The notes beneath the pieces were generated by a model. The model had not been told where the DNA came from. It saw only the letters and a list, made by a program, of their open reading frames with translations, and did not search any database. Position numbers and translations under genes: made by a program. Positions 22,560-33,607 of a stretch of 64,000 bases of DNA are shown piece after piece; position 1 is the stretch's first letter; each line of letters starts with the position of its first letter. Source of the DNA: a bacterium (lineage in GTDB: Bacteria > Zhuqueibacterota > Zhuqueibacteria > Residuimicrobiales > Krinioviventaceae); NCBI GenBank assembly GCA_963674595.2, contig CAXXFV010000016.1, positions 1 to 64,000 of the forward strand. The letters are read 5' to 3'.

Positions 22560-23699
22560 TCAATAGGTACCATATTTTTTACAGGCTTTAAAATAAGCCT
22601 CAAGATTTTCACGAGGTGTGCCGTCGCGAAAGCTGTCTGAACTGCCGATGATAAATCCGCCTCCGGGTTTGGCAACCTCCATAGCCTGTTTGACGGTTTT
22701 GTCTATATGCTCCGGTGTACCGCGCTGAACAACATATAACAGGTCAGTATGACCTTTGATCGTTGTTTTTGTACCGATCTTTTCCTTGGCTTCCGCCAGG
22801 TCCATGTCACCCACCGGCGGCGGTGTGCAGGTTTCCAAAACATCAACACCGGTATCGGCAATCATTTCCATAGAGTTTTTTAATTTACCGTCATCATAAT
22901 AGTCATATAAAGTATTGTATTGGTGTGTTAAATCGACATGGTCTTTAATTTTCGGAACAAACACCTCTTTAAAAAACGCCGGTGACCATCCTGAAGAAAG
23001 CGATGCAAAATACCAACTGCCGAAAATAAATTCGGCCCCGCCTTCGCAGGCTGCTTTGATCTGTTCCAGGGACCGTTTGTGAAAAATGTCCAGTAACGCA
23101 TCCAGTAATTCCCTGTTTTCATAATAATCGATCATCAGGTCCTGAACATCGCGGGCATAACCGGCATGGTGGTCCAGCGCACTTCGGACACAAACCATCA
23201 CAACGCCGCGGTCTCCCAGCAGTTTTTTTTCGGACTGTAAAAAGTCATAGTTTTTATTGATCGGCGGTAAAATATATTCAAGCGCAGCAAGGTCATTTTT
23301 TTCTTTGACCAGATATTCCGTTTTATGGGGATTGGGGGATACGCCGTATTCCCTTCCTGCCGGCGGTATATGGGTACAATCGGTCAGCGTGCCGGCCGGT
23401 GTGTGAAAGGCGCGTTTTACGATCAGCATATCGTTGTCTATGAATTTTTTCTGCTCCACCTTGACATCCTTGAGGTGATACTCGTTCGGATACATGTCCA
23501 GATAATTGGGCGTCGGTTCGTCAACAATGTGCATCAGGTCATTGTCCGGCAGATATTTGAGTTGGGTTTCCAAATCGATGTTGCCGTATACGCTCCACAA
23601 CCAGGCGAACATACGGGGAGAAATCGGAACGCGGTCCGGTTCCCGGTGGTTTATCGCGGTAAGCAGTCGTTCTCGTCCGGTCATTTTTGCTTTTGACAT
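22560..23699 (-). CDS. Uroporphyrinogen decarboxylase family protein
   Basis: MTGRERLLTAINHREPDRVP, TPAGTL, TPPPVGD, GGGFIIGSSD...TPRENL. Confidence 0.8.
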   Translation of the reverse strand: MSKAKMTGRERLLTAINHREPDRVPISPRMFAWLWSVYGNIDLETQLKYLPDNDLMHIVDEPTPNYLDMYPNEYHLKDVKVEQKKFIDNDMLIVKRAFHTPAGTLTDCTHIPPAGREYGVSPNPHKTEYLVKEKNDLAALEYILPPINKNYDFLQSEKKLLGDRGVVMVCVRSALDHHAGYARDVQDLMIDYYENRELLDALLDIFHKRSLEQIKAACEGGAEFIFGSWYFASLSSGWSPAFFKEVFVPKIKDHVDLTHQYNTLYDYYDDGKLKNSMEMIADTGVDVLETCTPPPVGDMDLAEAKEKIGTKTTIKGHTDLLYVVQRGTPEHIDKTVKQAMEVAKPGGGFIIGSSDSFRDGTPRENLEAYFKACKKYGTY

Positions 23700-24071
23700 T
23701 TGTTCCCTCAGAAATTAGGGTAGCATTTTATTTTGGCGTTTTTCTATTTAAAAAATAAATCAAAAATATTCAAGCTTTTTTGCTGGTTTTTGAATTTATT
23801 TCGGCACGTATTTTAAAGTAAAATCTTTGATAATTGAGATTAAATACGTTTTTGTAAAAATTACTTGTCCTGCGGTGTATTATTTTGTAATATTGTTTTA
23901 TTAGAAAACGAATCTATGTTTAGGGTGGCCGGGTGTTTATCTCGTTTAATTGTGCAAAAAGAGGTTAATATAGAAATTGGTCCTTTATTTAAATGCGCAT
24001 ACGTGCAAGTAATCAATGTTATAGGATAAAATTTCAGTGCAGACAAGGAATTTTCAATTAGAGAGAAGATC

Positions 24072-24548
24072 ATGAGAAGAGAATTTTTTAACAAAGTACA
24101 ATTAAAGGATTATATTAAAAATTATTTTAAAGTTATGGCTATCAGTTTAGTATTGGCTATTGCTGCATTTATTAGAATATATTCCAGTGATTGGGAACTG
24201 AGAAAAGAATTATCCTTTATTTTAGTTTTTGTTTATCCCATTTTGTTGATTTTGGCAGCTATAATTCATTATAATCTACAAAAGAACTTGAAATATATCT
24301 TTACAGATGATTTAATAATTGAATCAAGAAATGGGCAAGAGAATAAACATTTTTTGTCTGATATTAAAGATATATCAAGGCCAAAGATTGAGAAAAATCA
24401 AAAAACAGGGATTGATTATATTAAAATTAAATTTCATGATGGAGATACTATTACCTTTGTTAATACTTTACCATATTATAACGAACTCGAAACATTTTTA
24501 GTAAAATATTTTAAAGAAAAACTGGATTATTATATAAGGCAGGTTTGA
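24072..24548 (+). CDS. Hypothetical membrane protein (2 TM plus soluble domain)
   Basis: 158-aa ORF with two hydrophobic helices; very AT-rich. Confidence 0.55.
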   Translation: MRREFFNKVQLKDYIKNYFKVMAISLVLAIAAFIRIYSSDWELRKELSFILVFVYPILLILAAIIHYNLQKNLKYIFTDDLIIESRNGQENKHFLSDIKDISRPKIEKNQKTGIDYIKIKFHDGDTITFVNTLPYYNELETFLVKYFKEKLDYYIRQV

Positions 24549-24685
24549 TGTTAATAATACCTACTATCATCGTGAAACAGAAATTTCAGGGTATTAGAAA
24601 TTTAAAAATAATCAATAAATATAGACCTGACAAATAACACTTTAATTTTTGCGATAAATAATATTATGTTTACAGAGGATGCCTT

Positions 24686-25701
24686 ATGAAACTGTTGACG
24701 ACTGTTATACCAATCCTTTCGATTGTATTTATGACCAGTTCTACAGTAATACTTTTAGCATTTAATTCAGATTATAATGACCAATTCCACTTTATTGATT
24801 ATTTATTGACTTTTGTGTTCTTTTATCTTCCTTTTTTATAACCGGGATATCCTCTTTTGTTAGATTTAAAAGATGGCTTTACCATGTATGCGCTGTTTTC
24901 TTTTTATTGTTGTTTTTAGTGGCGTTATTTGCCGTCATATTTGGCGTAAATGATTTCCTGTGGACACCGCATATAATAATATCGGTGTTGTGGTTGTTTT
25001 TATATTATCATATCTGTTTAAGAAAAAATAGAGCAGTGGCGCCTGTTTATTCAAGTTTCAAAAAAGTGTTGACAGTTATTCTAATTACAATAATCATTCT
25101 GGTTTGTCCTTTTATTTATTTTGAGTGTTATACACATTTAAACCTTGATAGACAATTTAGTGAAATACTGTCAAAAAAACATATTGGTTTAACAGAAAAG
25201 CGGCTTTTATCAAACGGTTTTCATCTCCTTTCATATAAAGAAAATCCATACCCGAATTGGCATTATTATGGAAAAACAGATACATTGTACATTTTAAATA
25301 ATAAAGTACCTTTGAAAATTAATTTCATCTTTGCAAACGGCCAGGGATTTGACTATCCGCATCATCCGTTATTACCAAGGAGTAAGAAAAACCTTTATTT
25401 ACCCATTTCGGTTGAATTTTTATATGAGGCAGAATATGATTCTCTAATAAATAAACATTTAAATGATACTAGTTCTCATGATAATAATTATTTTAGAAAT
25501 ATTTATCCAATTCGATTTGATAATAAAAAAAGAGATACATATTCGTCTGATTTTTATGGAAAAAAGCATGTTGTATTAACTGTTACTGATCCATATTTTT
25601 TTGTTTTTATAAATTATTATGTTAAACAAGCATATCATCATATTCCAGAGTTATTTCAACCGCAATGGTATAAAACCAGCTCAACGTGGGATGTCAACTA
25701 G
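24686..25701 (+). CDS. Hypothetical membrane protein (frameshift in T-run near 24835)
   Basis: SD GAGG plus ATG 24686; the hydrophobic frame joins the 24907 ORF after a one-base change in a homopolymer. Confidence 0.5.
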
Positions 25702-25763
25702 GTATATGATATGAAAAATTAAAGATATAAATAATTTTTGGAGAAAATTAATCCGGAGAACGA

Positions 25764-26327
25764 ATGTCGACTTGTACAAAACCACCCAAGATGAGGTCTA
25801 AAATTGAAAATGATTTTGACAGAATAACGATATCGATTCCAGGTAAAAAAAATATATTTACTATTTTATTTTTCTCTTTTTGGATGTTCGCATTTTTAAA
25901 AGTGGAAGTACTATTTCTTGGTAAATTGGTTAACGGTGAGGAACCGATTTTTGTTAACTTGATGATTTCAGTATTTTGGACAGTTGGCGGTATCTTTGCT
26001 GTTTCAACATTTCTATGGATGATTATCGGGGAAGAAAAAATTACAATTTCCAATCAATTCGTGTCTATAGAGAGGAATTTTGTTTCTTTGATTAAACCTA
26101 AACGATATATGGCCGAAAATGTTAAAAACTTTCGGGTGTCACTGGAAGATGTTACCTATTTAAAACAATTTGGTAATATTGGTAAATTAAACAGGGGGAA
26201 AAAGGGATTGATTGCCTTTGATTATTGGAACAAAACAATCAAATTTGGTACATCTATAGATGAAGCGGAAGCAAATATGATCCTTGCAAGCATAAAATCC
26301 CGCTTTCGTCATTTGGTGAAAAAATGA
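25764..26327 (+). CDS. Hypothetical membrane protein
   Basis: SD GGAG; two TM helices; G-x-I-A-F-D-Y...KFG...DEAEA C-terminus. Confidence 0.65.
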   Translation: MSTCTKPPKMRSKIENDFDRITISIPGKKNIFTILFFSFWMFAFLKVEVLFLGKLVNGEEPIFVNLMISVFWTVGGIFAVSTFLWMIIGEEKITISNQFVSIERNFVSLIKPKRYMAENVKNFRVSLEDVTYLKQFGNIGKLNRGKKGLIAFDYWNKTIKFGTSIDEAEANMILASIKSRFRHLVKK

Positions 26328-26433
26328 TATTTAATGAAAATATGTGATAAAAATTGAGTACATTCTATGATCTTGAAGTTTTTATAGGAAATAGAAAGTC
26401 TGAAAATTTACTCTAATCGATAAGGATATATTG

Positions 26434-28014
26434 ATGCAACATAACATTCCACAATGGCTAAAAGACGCCGTATTTTATCAGATTTATCCGCAAAGTTATT
26501 ATGATTCGAACAAGGATGGCATCGGTGATATTAACGGCATTATAGAAAAACTGGATTATATACAGTCTTTGGGAGTCAACGCACTGTGGTTGAATCCCTG
26601 TTTTGTTTCTCCATTTCAGGATGCCGGATACGATGTGGCTGATTACTATCAGGTGGCGCCCCGTTATGGCACAAATAAAGATTTGGTCAGATTGTTTGCT
26701 GAAGCACATAAACGCGGCATCAAAGTGTGTCTGGATTTGGTGCCGGGACACACATCTGTCGAACATTCGTGGTTTATAGAATCGTGCAAACATCATCGCA
26801 ACGACTTTTCTGATCGATATATTTGGTCGGAATCGGTATGGGAAGAATATCAAGGCCCGCTCCGTTTTATCAACGGTTTTGCCGAGAGAAATGGAAATTA
26901 TGTAACAAACTTTTTTTATTGCCAGCCGGCGCTGAATTACGGCTTTGCAAATCCTGATCCGGACAAACCTTGGCAACAGCGTGTCGATGCACCGGGACCT
27001 GTTAAAAATCGACAAGCGTTAAAAGATATTATGGATTTCTGGTTGAAACAGGGAGCTGACGGTTTTCGTGTGGATATGGCCGGTTCATTGGTTAAGAATG
27101 ATACGGACCATAAATTAACCATCCAATTGTGGCAGGACATAAGCAAGTGGCTGCAAAAGCAGTATCCCCAAGCAGTTCTTATTTCCGAGTGGGGAAATCC
27201 TCAGGAAGCCATTTCGGCAGGATTTCATATCGACTTTATGCTGCATTTTGGCGTATCCGGGTATGAGCATCTTTTGCTGAGTAAAGACTGTTTTTTTCGG
27301 CGAAATAACGGCACGGGCATTCAACGTTTTCTGGAAGCCTATTTACATCAGGTTTCCAACACAACAGGTCATGGCTATGTATCGATTCCAAGTGCAAATC
27401 ACGATTTTAAACGTGTACGTTCAGACGGCCGGAGTATTGAGGATTTGAAGGTTATTTTTACATTTCTGTTGACCTGGCCGGGGATACCTTTTATTTATTA
27501 CGGTGATGAAATCGGTATGCGATTTTTTAAAGACATGCCTTCAAAAGAGGGTGGCTATGATAGAACCGGGACACGTACTCCCATGCAGTGGAGCGATGGT
27601 TTGAATGCGGGATTTTCTAAAGCAGGGCCCGATCAACTGTATTTACCGGTAGATCCTGATGATGGAAGGCCCGATGTTATGTCCCAGGAAAACGATCAAC
27701 AATCTCTTTTAAACCATGTTAGAAAACTTTTGTCGCTGCGTAAAAACTCTCAGGCCTTGCAGTCAGATGGTAAATTGGTTTCTCTATATTACAAAAAGGA
27801 GCAGTCTCCGTATGTATATATACGGGAACAGGAAGAAGAAAAATTCCTTATAGCTGTTAACCCGTCTGATAAAGAATTTGAGATAACTGTAGATCAGGAT
27901 TTAACTCATGATGTTATTTGTGAAATAGCCTCCGGTGTGGATGTATTCACTGAAAAAAACGGATTAAAAATAAAACTGTCCGGTGTGTCATACGGGATAT
28001 TTCGGTTGCATTAA
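26434..28014 (+). CDS. GH13 alpha-amylase family glycosidase
   Basis: FYQIYPQS, DGIGD, GYDVADY, catalytic GFRVDMA / ISEW / NHD, YYGDEIGM, RTPMQW. Confidence 0.9.
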   Translation: MQHNIPQWLKDAVFYQIYPQSYYDSNKDGIGDINGIIEKLDYIQSLGVNALWLNPCFVSPFQDAGYDVADYYQVAPRYGTNKDLVRLFAEAHKRGIKVCLDLVPGHTSVEHSWFIESCKHHRNDFSDRYIWSESVWEEYQGPLRFINGFAERNGNYVTNFFYCQPALNYGFANPDPDKPWQQRVDAPGPVKNRQALKDIMDFWLKQGADGFRVDMAGSLVKNDTDHKLTIQLWQDISKWLQKQYPQAVLISEWGNPQEAISAGFHIDFMLHFGVSGYEHLLLSKDCFFRRNNGTGIQRFLEAYLHQVSNTTGHGYVSIPSANHDFKRVRSDGRSIEDLKVIFTFLLTWPGIPFIYYGDEIGMRFFKDMPSKEGGYDRTGTRTPMQWSDGLNAGFSKAGPDQLYLPVDPDDGRPDVMSQENDQQSLLNHVRKLLSLRKNSQALQSDGKLVSLYYKKEQSPYVYIREQEEEKFLIAVNPSDKEFEITVDQDLTHDVICEIASGVDVFTEKNGLKIKLSGVSYGIFRLH

Positions 28015-28123
28015 TTAAGAGGCCGGTTTATATTGTTATATAACCATAACTTTAAGGGGTGAATAATTCTTGTGGGAAAAACCAGCAATTCAGATTAATT
28101 ATAAATAACAAGGAGAAGATTTG

Positions 28124-28969
28124 ATGGCAGCATTAATCCTTGATGGTAAAACACTTGCAAAAAAATGTGAAGATGAACTTTCTAATAGAGTCGCCCGGTT
28201 AAAAGAAGCTAATAATGGCGCTACACCTATTCTGTCCACCATACTTGTTGGTGACGATCCGGCTTCGGCCACCTATGTAAAAATGAAGGCGAACGCCTGT
28301 AAACGGGTCGGCATGGAGTCTCTCAAGGTGGAACTGCCGGCAGATACGACAACTGAACAATTAATCAGCAAAATTAATGAACTCAATGATAATCCGAACG
28401 TTCATGGTATCCTTTTACAGCATCCTGTGCCTGCACAAATAAACGAAAGAGAATGTTTTGACGCCATTGATTTAAGCAAAGATGTCGATGGTGTAACATG
28501 TTTGGGCTTTGGCCGGATGGCCATGAATGAAGAAGCCTATGGTTGTGCCACACCAAAAGGAATTATGCGTCTTTTGGAAGCATATGACATTCCCCTTGAA
28601 GGTAAAAATGCTGTTGTTGTTGGCCGCAGTCCGATTTTGGGTAAACCAATGGCCATGATGTTATTAAATGTCAACGCAACGGTTACTATTTGCCATTCCA
28701 GAACCCGTGACCTTGCAAGTATTGTAAAACAGGCTGATATTGTTGTGGGTGCTGTCGGACGACCAGAGTTTATTAAAGCGGACTGGATTAAAGACGGTGC
28801 TGTGGTGATTGATGCCGGGTATCATCCCGGAGGTATAGGTGATATTGAACTGGGACCATTAAGTGATCGTGTCAGCGCTTATACACCGGTCCCAGGCGGT
28901 GTCGGGCCCATGACAATTAATACATTAATTTATCAAACTGTTGAGGCTGGAGAGAAAAAACTAAAATAA
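28124..28969 (+). CDS. folD: Methylenetetrahydrofolate dehydrogenase/cyclohydrolase
   Basis: [37 protein letters not shown]. Confidence 0.97.
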   Translation: MAALILDGKTLAKKCEDELSNRVARLKEANNGATPILSTILVGDDPASATYVKMKANACKRVGMESLKVELPADTTTEQLISKINELNDNPNVHGILLQHPVPAQINERECFDAIDLSKDVDGVTCLGFGRMAMNEEAYGCATPKGIMRLLEAYDIPLEGKNAVVVGRSPILGKPMAMMLLNVNATVTICHSRTRDLASIVKQADIVVGAVGRPEFIKADWIKDGAVVIDAGYHPGGIGDIELGPLSDRVSAYTPVPGGVGPMTINTLIYQTVEAGEKKLK

Positions 28970-29031
28970 CCTGTTATTTTAGTTTTTGATACGGATTAAT
29001 GACTGATAATGCTGATAACAAGTGAGGGCTT

Positions 29032-30315
29032 ATGAAGAATGAATCTGGTTTTTTTGTACGTTCCTATTTTCTGACTATGTACTTGTTTATTATTTTGTTT
29101 TATCAAACAGCCTATTGCGGTGATCCTCCTTTTGGTGCTTTTGAGACACCACTTGATGGTTCGACCGCTAGAGGTGAAGTACAGGTAACAGGTTGGGCTC
29201 TTGATGATGTCGGTGTAGAGTCGGTAAAAATATACTATGGGTTTGAATTGAATTTTATTGGTAATGCTGTTTTTGTCGCAGGTACGCGTCCGGATATTGA
29301 AGTGTCGTATCCAGGGTATCCCAATAATGACTCAGCAGGATGGGGCTATCAATTGTTAACAAACTTTTTGCCCAATGGCGGTAATGGAACATATACGCTG
29401 TATGCCATTGCAAAAGATGTAGAAGGTAATGAGGTGACATTGGGGTCAAAGACAATTATTTGTGATAATGATAATGCTGTGAAACCTTTTGGAACACTGG
29501 AAAAGCCAGAACAGGGAGGTACGGCATCCGGTAATAGTTATTTTGTTTCGGGATGGGCGTTGACGCCTATGCCGAACACGATACCAGCAGACGGCTCTAC
29601 CATTATAATTTATGTTGACGGGGTACCTTTGGGAAATCCTGTTTACAACCAATACAGAGAAGATATCGCAACATTGTTTCCGGGGTACAATAACAGTGAT
29701 GGTGCGATGTTTTATTATTATCTGGATACGACTCAATATTCTGATGGTTTACATACGATTTATGCTAAAGTGACGGACGATGCAGGAAATACGGAAGGGA
29801 TCGGTAGCCGGTATTTTACGATTGACAATGATGATCCGTTACCGGTCTGTCTTTCAAGTTTTCAGGCACACTCCGGAAACGACTGTATTACCCTCGATTG
29901 GAAGACAGAAAGCCAAACTAACAATTTGGGTTTTATCCTGGAACGATCGGATGACCGGCAAATCAGTTGGCGTGAAATTGCACATTATAAATATAATAAT
30001 GCTTTGGCAGGCGAGGGAAATTCCTCATGTTCGTGTGAATATACATTTATTGAAAAAGCCTATCCCAATCCATTTAATCCGGAAACATGTGTTCGTTATC
30101 ATCTTGCACAGGAAAGCCGGGTTAATATATCCGTCTATGATATGCTGGGTCGTTTTATTACAAGCTTGTACGACGGTCCTCAACATGCCGGCAGTTATGA
30201 TGTAATTTGGAAAGGAGAAAATTCCACAGGGGATTTGGTCCCAAGTGGAATATACTTAATTGTTTTGCGGACTGAAAAATGCAGGCAGGCCCAAAAAGTT
30301 ATGCTGGTAAAATAA
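29032..30315 (+). CDS. Secreted protein with two Ig-like repeats and a T9SS/FlgD-like C-terminal domain
   Basis: Signal peptide; repeats PFG..E.P..G......V.GWAL; YPNPFNP...SGIY...KVMLVK C-terminus. Confidence 0.75.
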   Translation: MKNESGFFVRSYFLTMYLFIILFYQTAYCGDPPFGAFETPLDGSTARGEVQVTGWALDDVGVESVKIYYGFELNFIGNAVFVAGTRPDIEVSYPGYPNNDSAGWGYQLLTNFLPNGGNGTYTLYAIAKDVEGNEVTLGSKTIICDNDNAVKPFGTLEKPEQGGTASGNSYFVSGWALTPMPNTIPADGSTIIIYVDGVPLGNPVYNQYREDIATLFPGYNNSDGAMFYYYLDTTQYSDGLHTIYAKVTDDAGNTEGIGSRYFTIDNDDPLPVCLSSFQAHSGNDCITLDWKTESQTNNLGFILERSDDRQISWREIAHYKYNNALAGEGNSSCSCEYTFIEKAYPNPFNPETCVRYHLAQESRVNISVYDMLGRFITSLYDGPQHAGSYDVIWKGENSTGDLVPSGIYLIVLRTEKCRQAQKVMLVK

Positions 30316-30372
30316 GAATGACAGTATTTTATTCAGATTTGATATTGTAACTCTTAAAAAAGGAAAAAATAG

Positions 30373-30792
30373 ATGAGAGATTCTGTTAAAACTATTGGGA
30401 ACATGATCGATAAATCATCCGTTTCAATTATCAGTTCTGTTGATGAATTTGGTTTTCCAAATACAAAGGCCATGCTGCCTGTGAGAAAAAGAAAAGGCCT
30501 AAAACATCTCTATTTTACAACTAATACATCTTCCATGCGTGTAAAACAATACACCGATAATCCAAAAGCATGTGTATATTTTTTTGATAAAAGATTTTTT
30601 AGAGGCGTTATGCTTAAAGGGACAATGTCTGTTTTGCACGATCCTGAGTCCAAAGAAATGATATGGTGTGATGGTGATGAAAGGTATTATTCAAAAGGCG
30701 TCACAGACCCGGATTATTGTGTGCTTTTATTTACGGCCCAAAGCGGCAGATATTACAGTCATTTTAAATCTGAAAATTTTGATATTGAATAG
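30373..30792 (+). CDS. Pyridoxamine 5'-phosphate oxidase-like (general stress protein 26) FMN-binding protein
   Basis: GFPNTKAM, YFTTNTSS, NPKACVYF, GVTDPDYC. Confidence 0.82.
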   Translation: MRDSVKTIGNMIDKSSVSIISSVDEFGFPNTKAMLPVRKRKGLKHLYFTTNTSSMRVKQYTDNPKACVYFFDKRFFRGVMLKGTMSVLHDPESKEMIWCDGDERYYSKGVTDPDYCVLLFTAQSGRYYSHFKSENFDIE

Positions 30793-30820
30793 TTTATTAG
30801 TAGATTATTGAGAGGACTTT

Positions 30821-31189
30821 ATGTCTGATCTGACCATAAAAAAAATCGAACAAAGCATTAAAGACCGAAAACAGTGTCATTTGACATTTCTCAGAAATGT
30901 TAAAACCTATAAACCCTTCCTGGAACTTGAGGAAAAGGCGTTTGCAGACGGCGCGTTGACAAAAAAATCAAAGGAATTAATGGCGTTATCAATTTCCATT
31001 GTAACAAAATGTGAACCGTGCATGGAATGGCACCTTAACCAGGCAATGCAGGCCGGCGCCAATGATGAAGAGATTTATGAAACTATTGATGTTGCCATTG
31101 AAATGGGCGGTGGTCAGGCCGGTGCTTATGCGCGTTTTGTTTTAAAAGCAATGGAGTATTTTAAAAAAGAAAATGAAAAAACTGAGTAG
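30821..31189 (+). CDS. Carboxymuconolactone decarboxylase/AhpD family protein
   Basis: DGALTKKSKELMALSIS...CEPCMEWH...A..AGA..EEI.E. Confidence 0.85.
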   Translation: MSDLTIKKIEQSIKDRKQCHLTFLRNVKTYKPFLELEEKAFADGALTKKSKELMALSISIVTKCEPCMEWHLNQAMQAGANDEEIYETIDVAIEMGGGQAGAYARFVLKAMEYFKKENEKTE

Positions 31190-31721
31190 ATATTTTCTTA
31201 CTATCCTGTTAGTTTTTACTTTGATATTTGTATGTCAGAGAATTCCCAAGTATCCTGCGGAAAAAATGATTATAGTACAAGTTCTTGATGATTATATCCA
31301 TAGTATTATGTTTCGTTCGGTTCCAACAGATTCGTTGAAAAAACATCAGGGACAGCCGAATTCAAAATATCACCATACTTTGTTTCTTGAACAATATGTG
31401 CATTGGTGGCGGTTTGGTAAAGTTCAGCCGGACATTGTAAAAAGTTTACATGATAAATATATTCAGCGCCATATTTTAATCCGTAACAAGAACGATTTTA
31501 AAAAGGTAAAAATTAAAAAAAACGGTACCAGCTATGTTTTTGTCAAGGACAAAGAAACCGGTGAAATTGGTGAAATTTTCTGCATTCAAAGTATAAGATG
31601 GAAAGATCATGAGACTGTTACTGTTAGATATAAAACTTTTGCAGGTCTGTCAAGTGATGCTGAATATAAAGTTAATTTGATCTTTCGACAGGGTAGATGG
31701 TATGTTTCAAACAGAGAATAG
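31173..31721 (+). CDS. Hypothetical exported protein (possible lipoprotein)
   Basis: Hydrophobic N-terminus ending IFVC; overlaps the upstream stop. Confidence 0.55.
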   Translation: MKKLSRYFLTILLVFTLIFVCQRIPKYPAEKMIIVQVLDDYIHSIMFRSVPTDSLKKHQGQPNSKYHHTLFLEQYVHWWRFGKVQPDIVKSLHDKYIQRHILIRNKNDFKKVKIKKNGTSYVFVKDKETGEIGEIFCIQSIRWKDHETVTVRYKTFAGLSSDAEYKVNLIFRQGRWYVSNRE

Positions 31722-31826
31722 GTGCACCTTAAAAATATTTATAAACGATTATCTGAAATGTTTTTTCTTTTTATTTTGTTGAAAAGTTAAATTTCACCAA
31801 AATACTGTAAACAAACAGGAGAAATA

Positions 31827-33584
31827 ATGAAAAAATTGTTTATTATACTAGTTTGTCTTACAGCAGTTTCTTATGCTGAAAACAATAGTGATATTACTGT
31901 TCAGGAATTAAAAGAGCATATTCAATATCTTGCTTCTGATTCTTTAAAAGGACGTAAAGCCGGTACTCCTGAGGGAAAACTGGCAGCAGATTATATTCGA
32001 AAAACAATTGAGAATAATGATATTGATTTTCCGGTTGATGATGGCTTTCAGACTTTGTCTGTTGTAACACATCTTGAAATGGGAAACCAAAATAGTTTTC
32101 AGGTCGGTCCAATTGCCGGCGAGGTGACAAAAGATTTTATCCCTTCAGCAATCAGTGACAACGGTGCATTGAATGCTGATGTTGTTTTTGCCGGTTATGG
32201 TTTTGACATAAAGACGGATAATCTGGTTTGGAATGATTATGACAGTGTTATGGTAAAAGACAAATGGGTTATGCTGTTACTCGGAGACCCGGAACCGGAC
32301 AGCCTTACCAGTGATTTTGCCGCTTATAGTGATATTCGTAAAAAATGCATGGTTGCCAAAGATCAAGGGGCTGGTGGTGTTATATTTACTGCCGGTAATG
32401 AATATGATAAAAACGATGAATTGCCGGACTTGGCGATTCGGGATAGCCATATCAGCGCCGGGTTGCCGGTTGTTTATGTAAAGCGGGCGTTTGCCGATTC
32501 TTTTTTAAAAACGATCACAATTGATTCTCTTGAAAAAAACTTGAATACCCATCGTAAATCCGCTAGTTTTGAAACAGGACTTTTGGCAAATATTTCCACA
32601 GAGGTCCTGAGAATTAAAAGTCCCACACAAAATGTCGTCGCTGTTTTACAGGGATCAGACCCGGTATTGAAAGATAAATATATTATTATCGGCGCCCATT
32701 ATGACCATTTGGGTTTTGGCGGCCCCGGATCAGGTTCCAGACGGCCGGATACCTCGGCTGTGCACAATGGCGCGGACGATAATGCTTCCGGTGTTTCCGC
32801 AATTATGGAGATTTTTGAAAAACTAGATGCTCATCGGGAATCACTAAAACAGTCTGTTATTTTTGTTGCCTTTGCTGCCGAAGAAATGGGTGTTTTGGGT
32901 TCTAAATATTTTGTTCAACATCCCCCTGTTGACTTGAAAAATGTCACATGTATGATAAATCTTGATATGGTTGGCCGTTTAAAGGAAGCCTTGAGCGTAA
33001 GCGGAACCGGAACTGCCGCAGGATTACAGGAAATTGTAGAGGGAATGGGTAAAAAGCATAACTTGAAATTGGCCTTGTCGCCTGAAGGATATGGACCCTC
33101 TGACCACTCGTCATTTTATGCGGCTGATATTCCGGTCCTTATGTTTTTTACAGGTGCTCATGAAGATTATCATACCCCTTTTGACGATGCTGATAAGATA
33201 GATTTTGATGGTATGAAAAAAGTATCGGATTTGGTTTATGATATTGTTTTGCAATTAGCGAATCGATCAGAGACCCTCGTTTTTCAGGAGGCCGGACCCA
33301 AATATCAAAAAACATCGCGAAGACGTTTCAAAGTAACATTGGGTATTATGCCGGACCATGCGGCTGAAGGTATTAAAGGCCTTCGTGTTGAAGCTGTTTT
33401 CCCAAACAGGCCCGGTTTTTTGGGAGGATTGCAAAAGGGTGATATTATTGTGGCGATGGATGGAAAATCAGTAGGAAACATTTATGATTATATGCATCGG
33501 CTTTCGGATTTTTCTGCCGGGCAGCGTATAACGGTTGAGGTGATGCGCAACGGGGAAAAACATTATTTAATTGTTGAACTATAA
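31827..33584 (+). CDS. M28 family aminopeptidase with PA and PDZ domains
   Basis: Signal peptide; GAHYDHLG, GADDNASG, AEEMG, NLDMVG, SDH, YH motifs; C-terminal LGIMPD PDZ. Confidence 0.92.
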   Translation: MKKLFIILVCLTAVSYAENNSDITVQELKEHIQYLASDSLKGRKAGTPEGKLAADYIRKTIENNDIDFPVDDGFQTLSVVTHLEMGNQNSFQVGPIAGEVTKDFIPSAISDNGALNADVVFAGYGFDIKTDNLVWNDYDSVMVKDKWVMLLLGDPEPDSLTSDFAAYSDIRKKCMVAKDQGAGGVIFTAGNEYDKNDELPDLAIRDSHISAGLPVVYVKRAFADSFLKTITIDSLEKNLNTHRKSASFETGLLANISTEVLRIKSPTQNVVAVLQGSDPVLKDKYIIIGAHYDHLGFGGPGSGSRRPDTSAVHNGADDNASGVSAIMEIFEKLDAHRESLKQSVIFVAFAAEEMGVLGSKYFVQHPPVDLKNVTCMINLDMVGRLKEALSVSGTGTAAGLQEIVEGMGKKHNLKLALSPEGYGPSDHSSFYAADIPVLMFFTGAHEDYHTPFDDADKIDFDGMKKVSDLVYDIVLQLANRSETLVFQEAGPKYQKTSRRRFKVTLGIMPDHAAEGIKGLRVEAVFPNRPGFLGGLQKGDIIVAMDGKSVGNIYDYMHRLSDFSAGQRITVEVMRNGEKHYLIVEL

Positions 33585-33607
33585 AAAAAAGCCGGAAAAT
33601 CCGGCTT
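33583..33607 (-). terminator. Terminator of the cytochrome operon
   Basis: AAGCCGGA-AAA-TCCGGCTT preceded by an A-run (T-tail on the minus strand). Confidence 0.7.

Noticed and set aside
23861-26327. AT-rich hypothetical genes as a mobile element or prophage
   Set aside because: No integrase, transposase, terminal repeats or phage genes were seen
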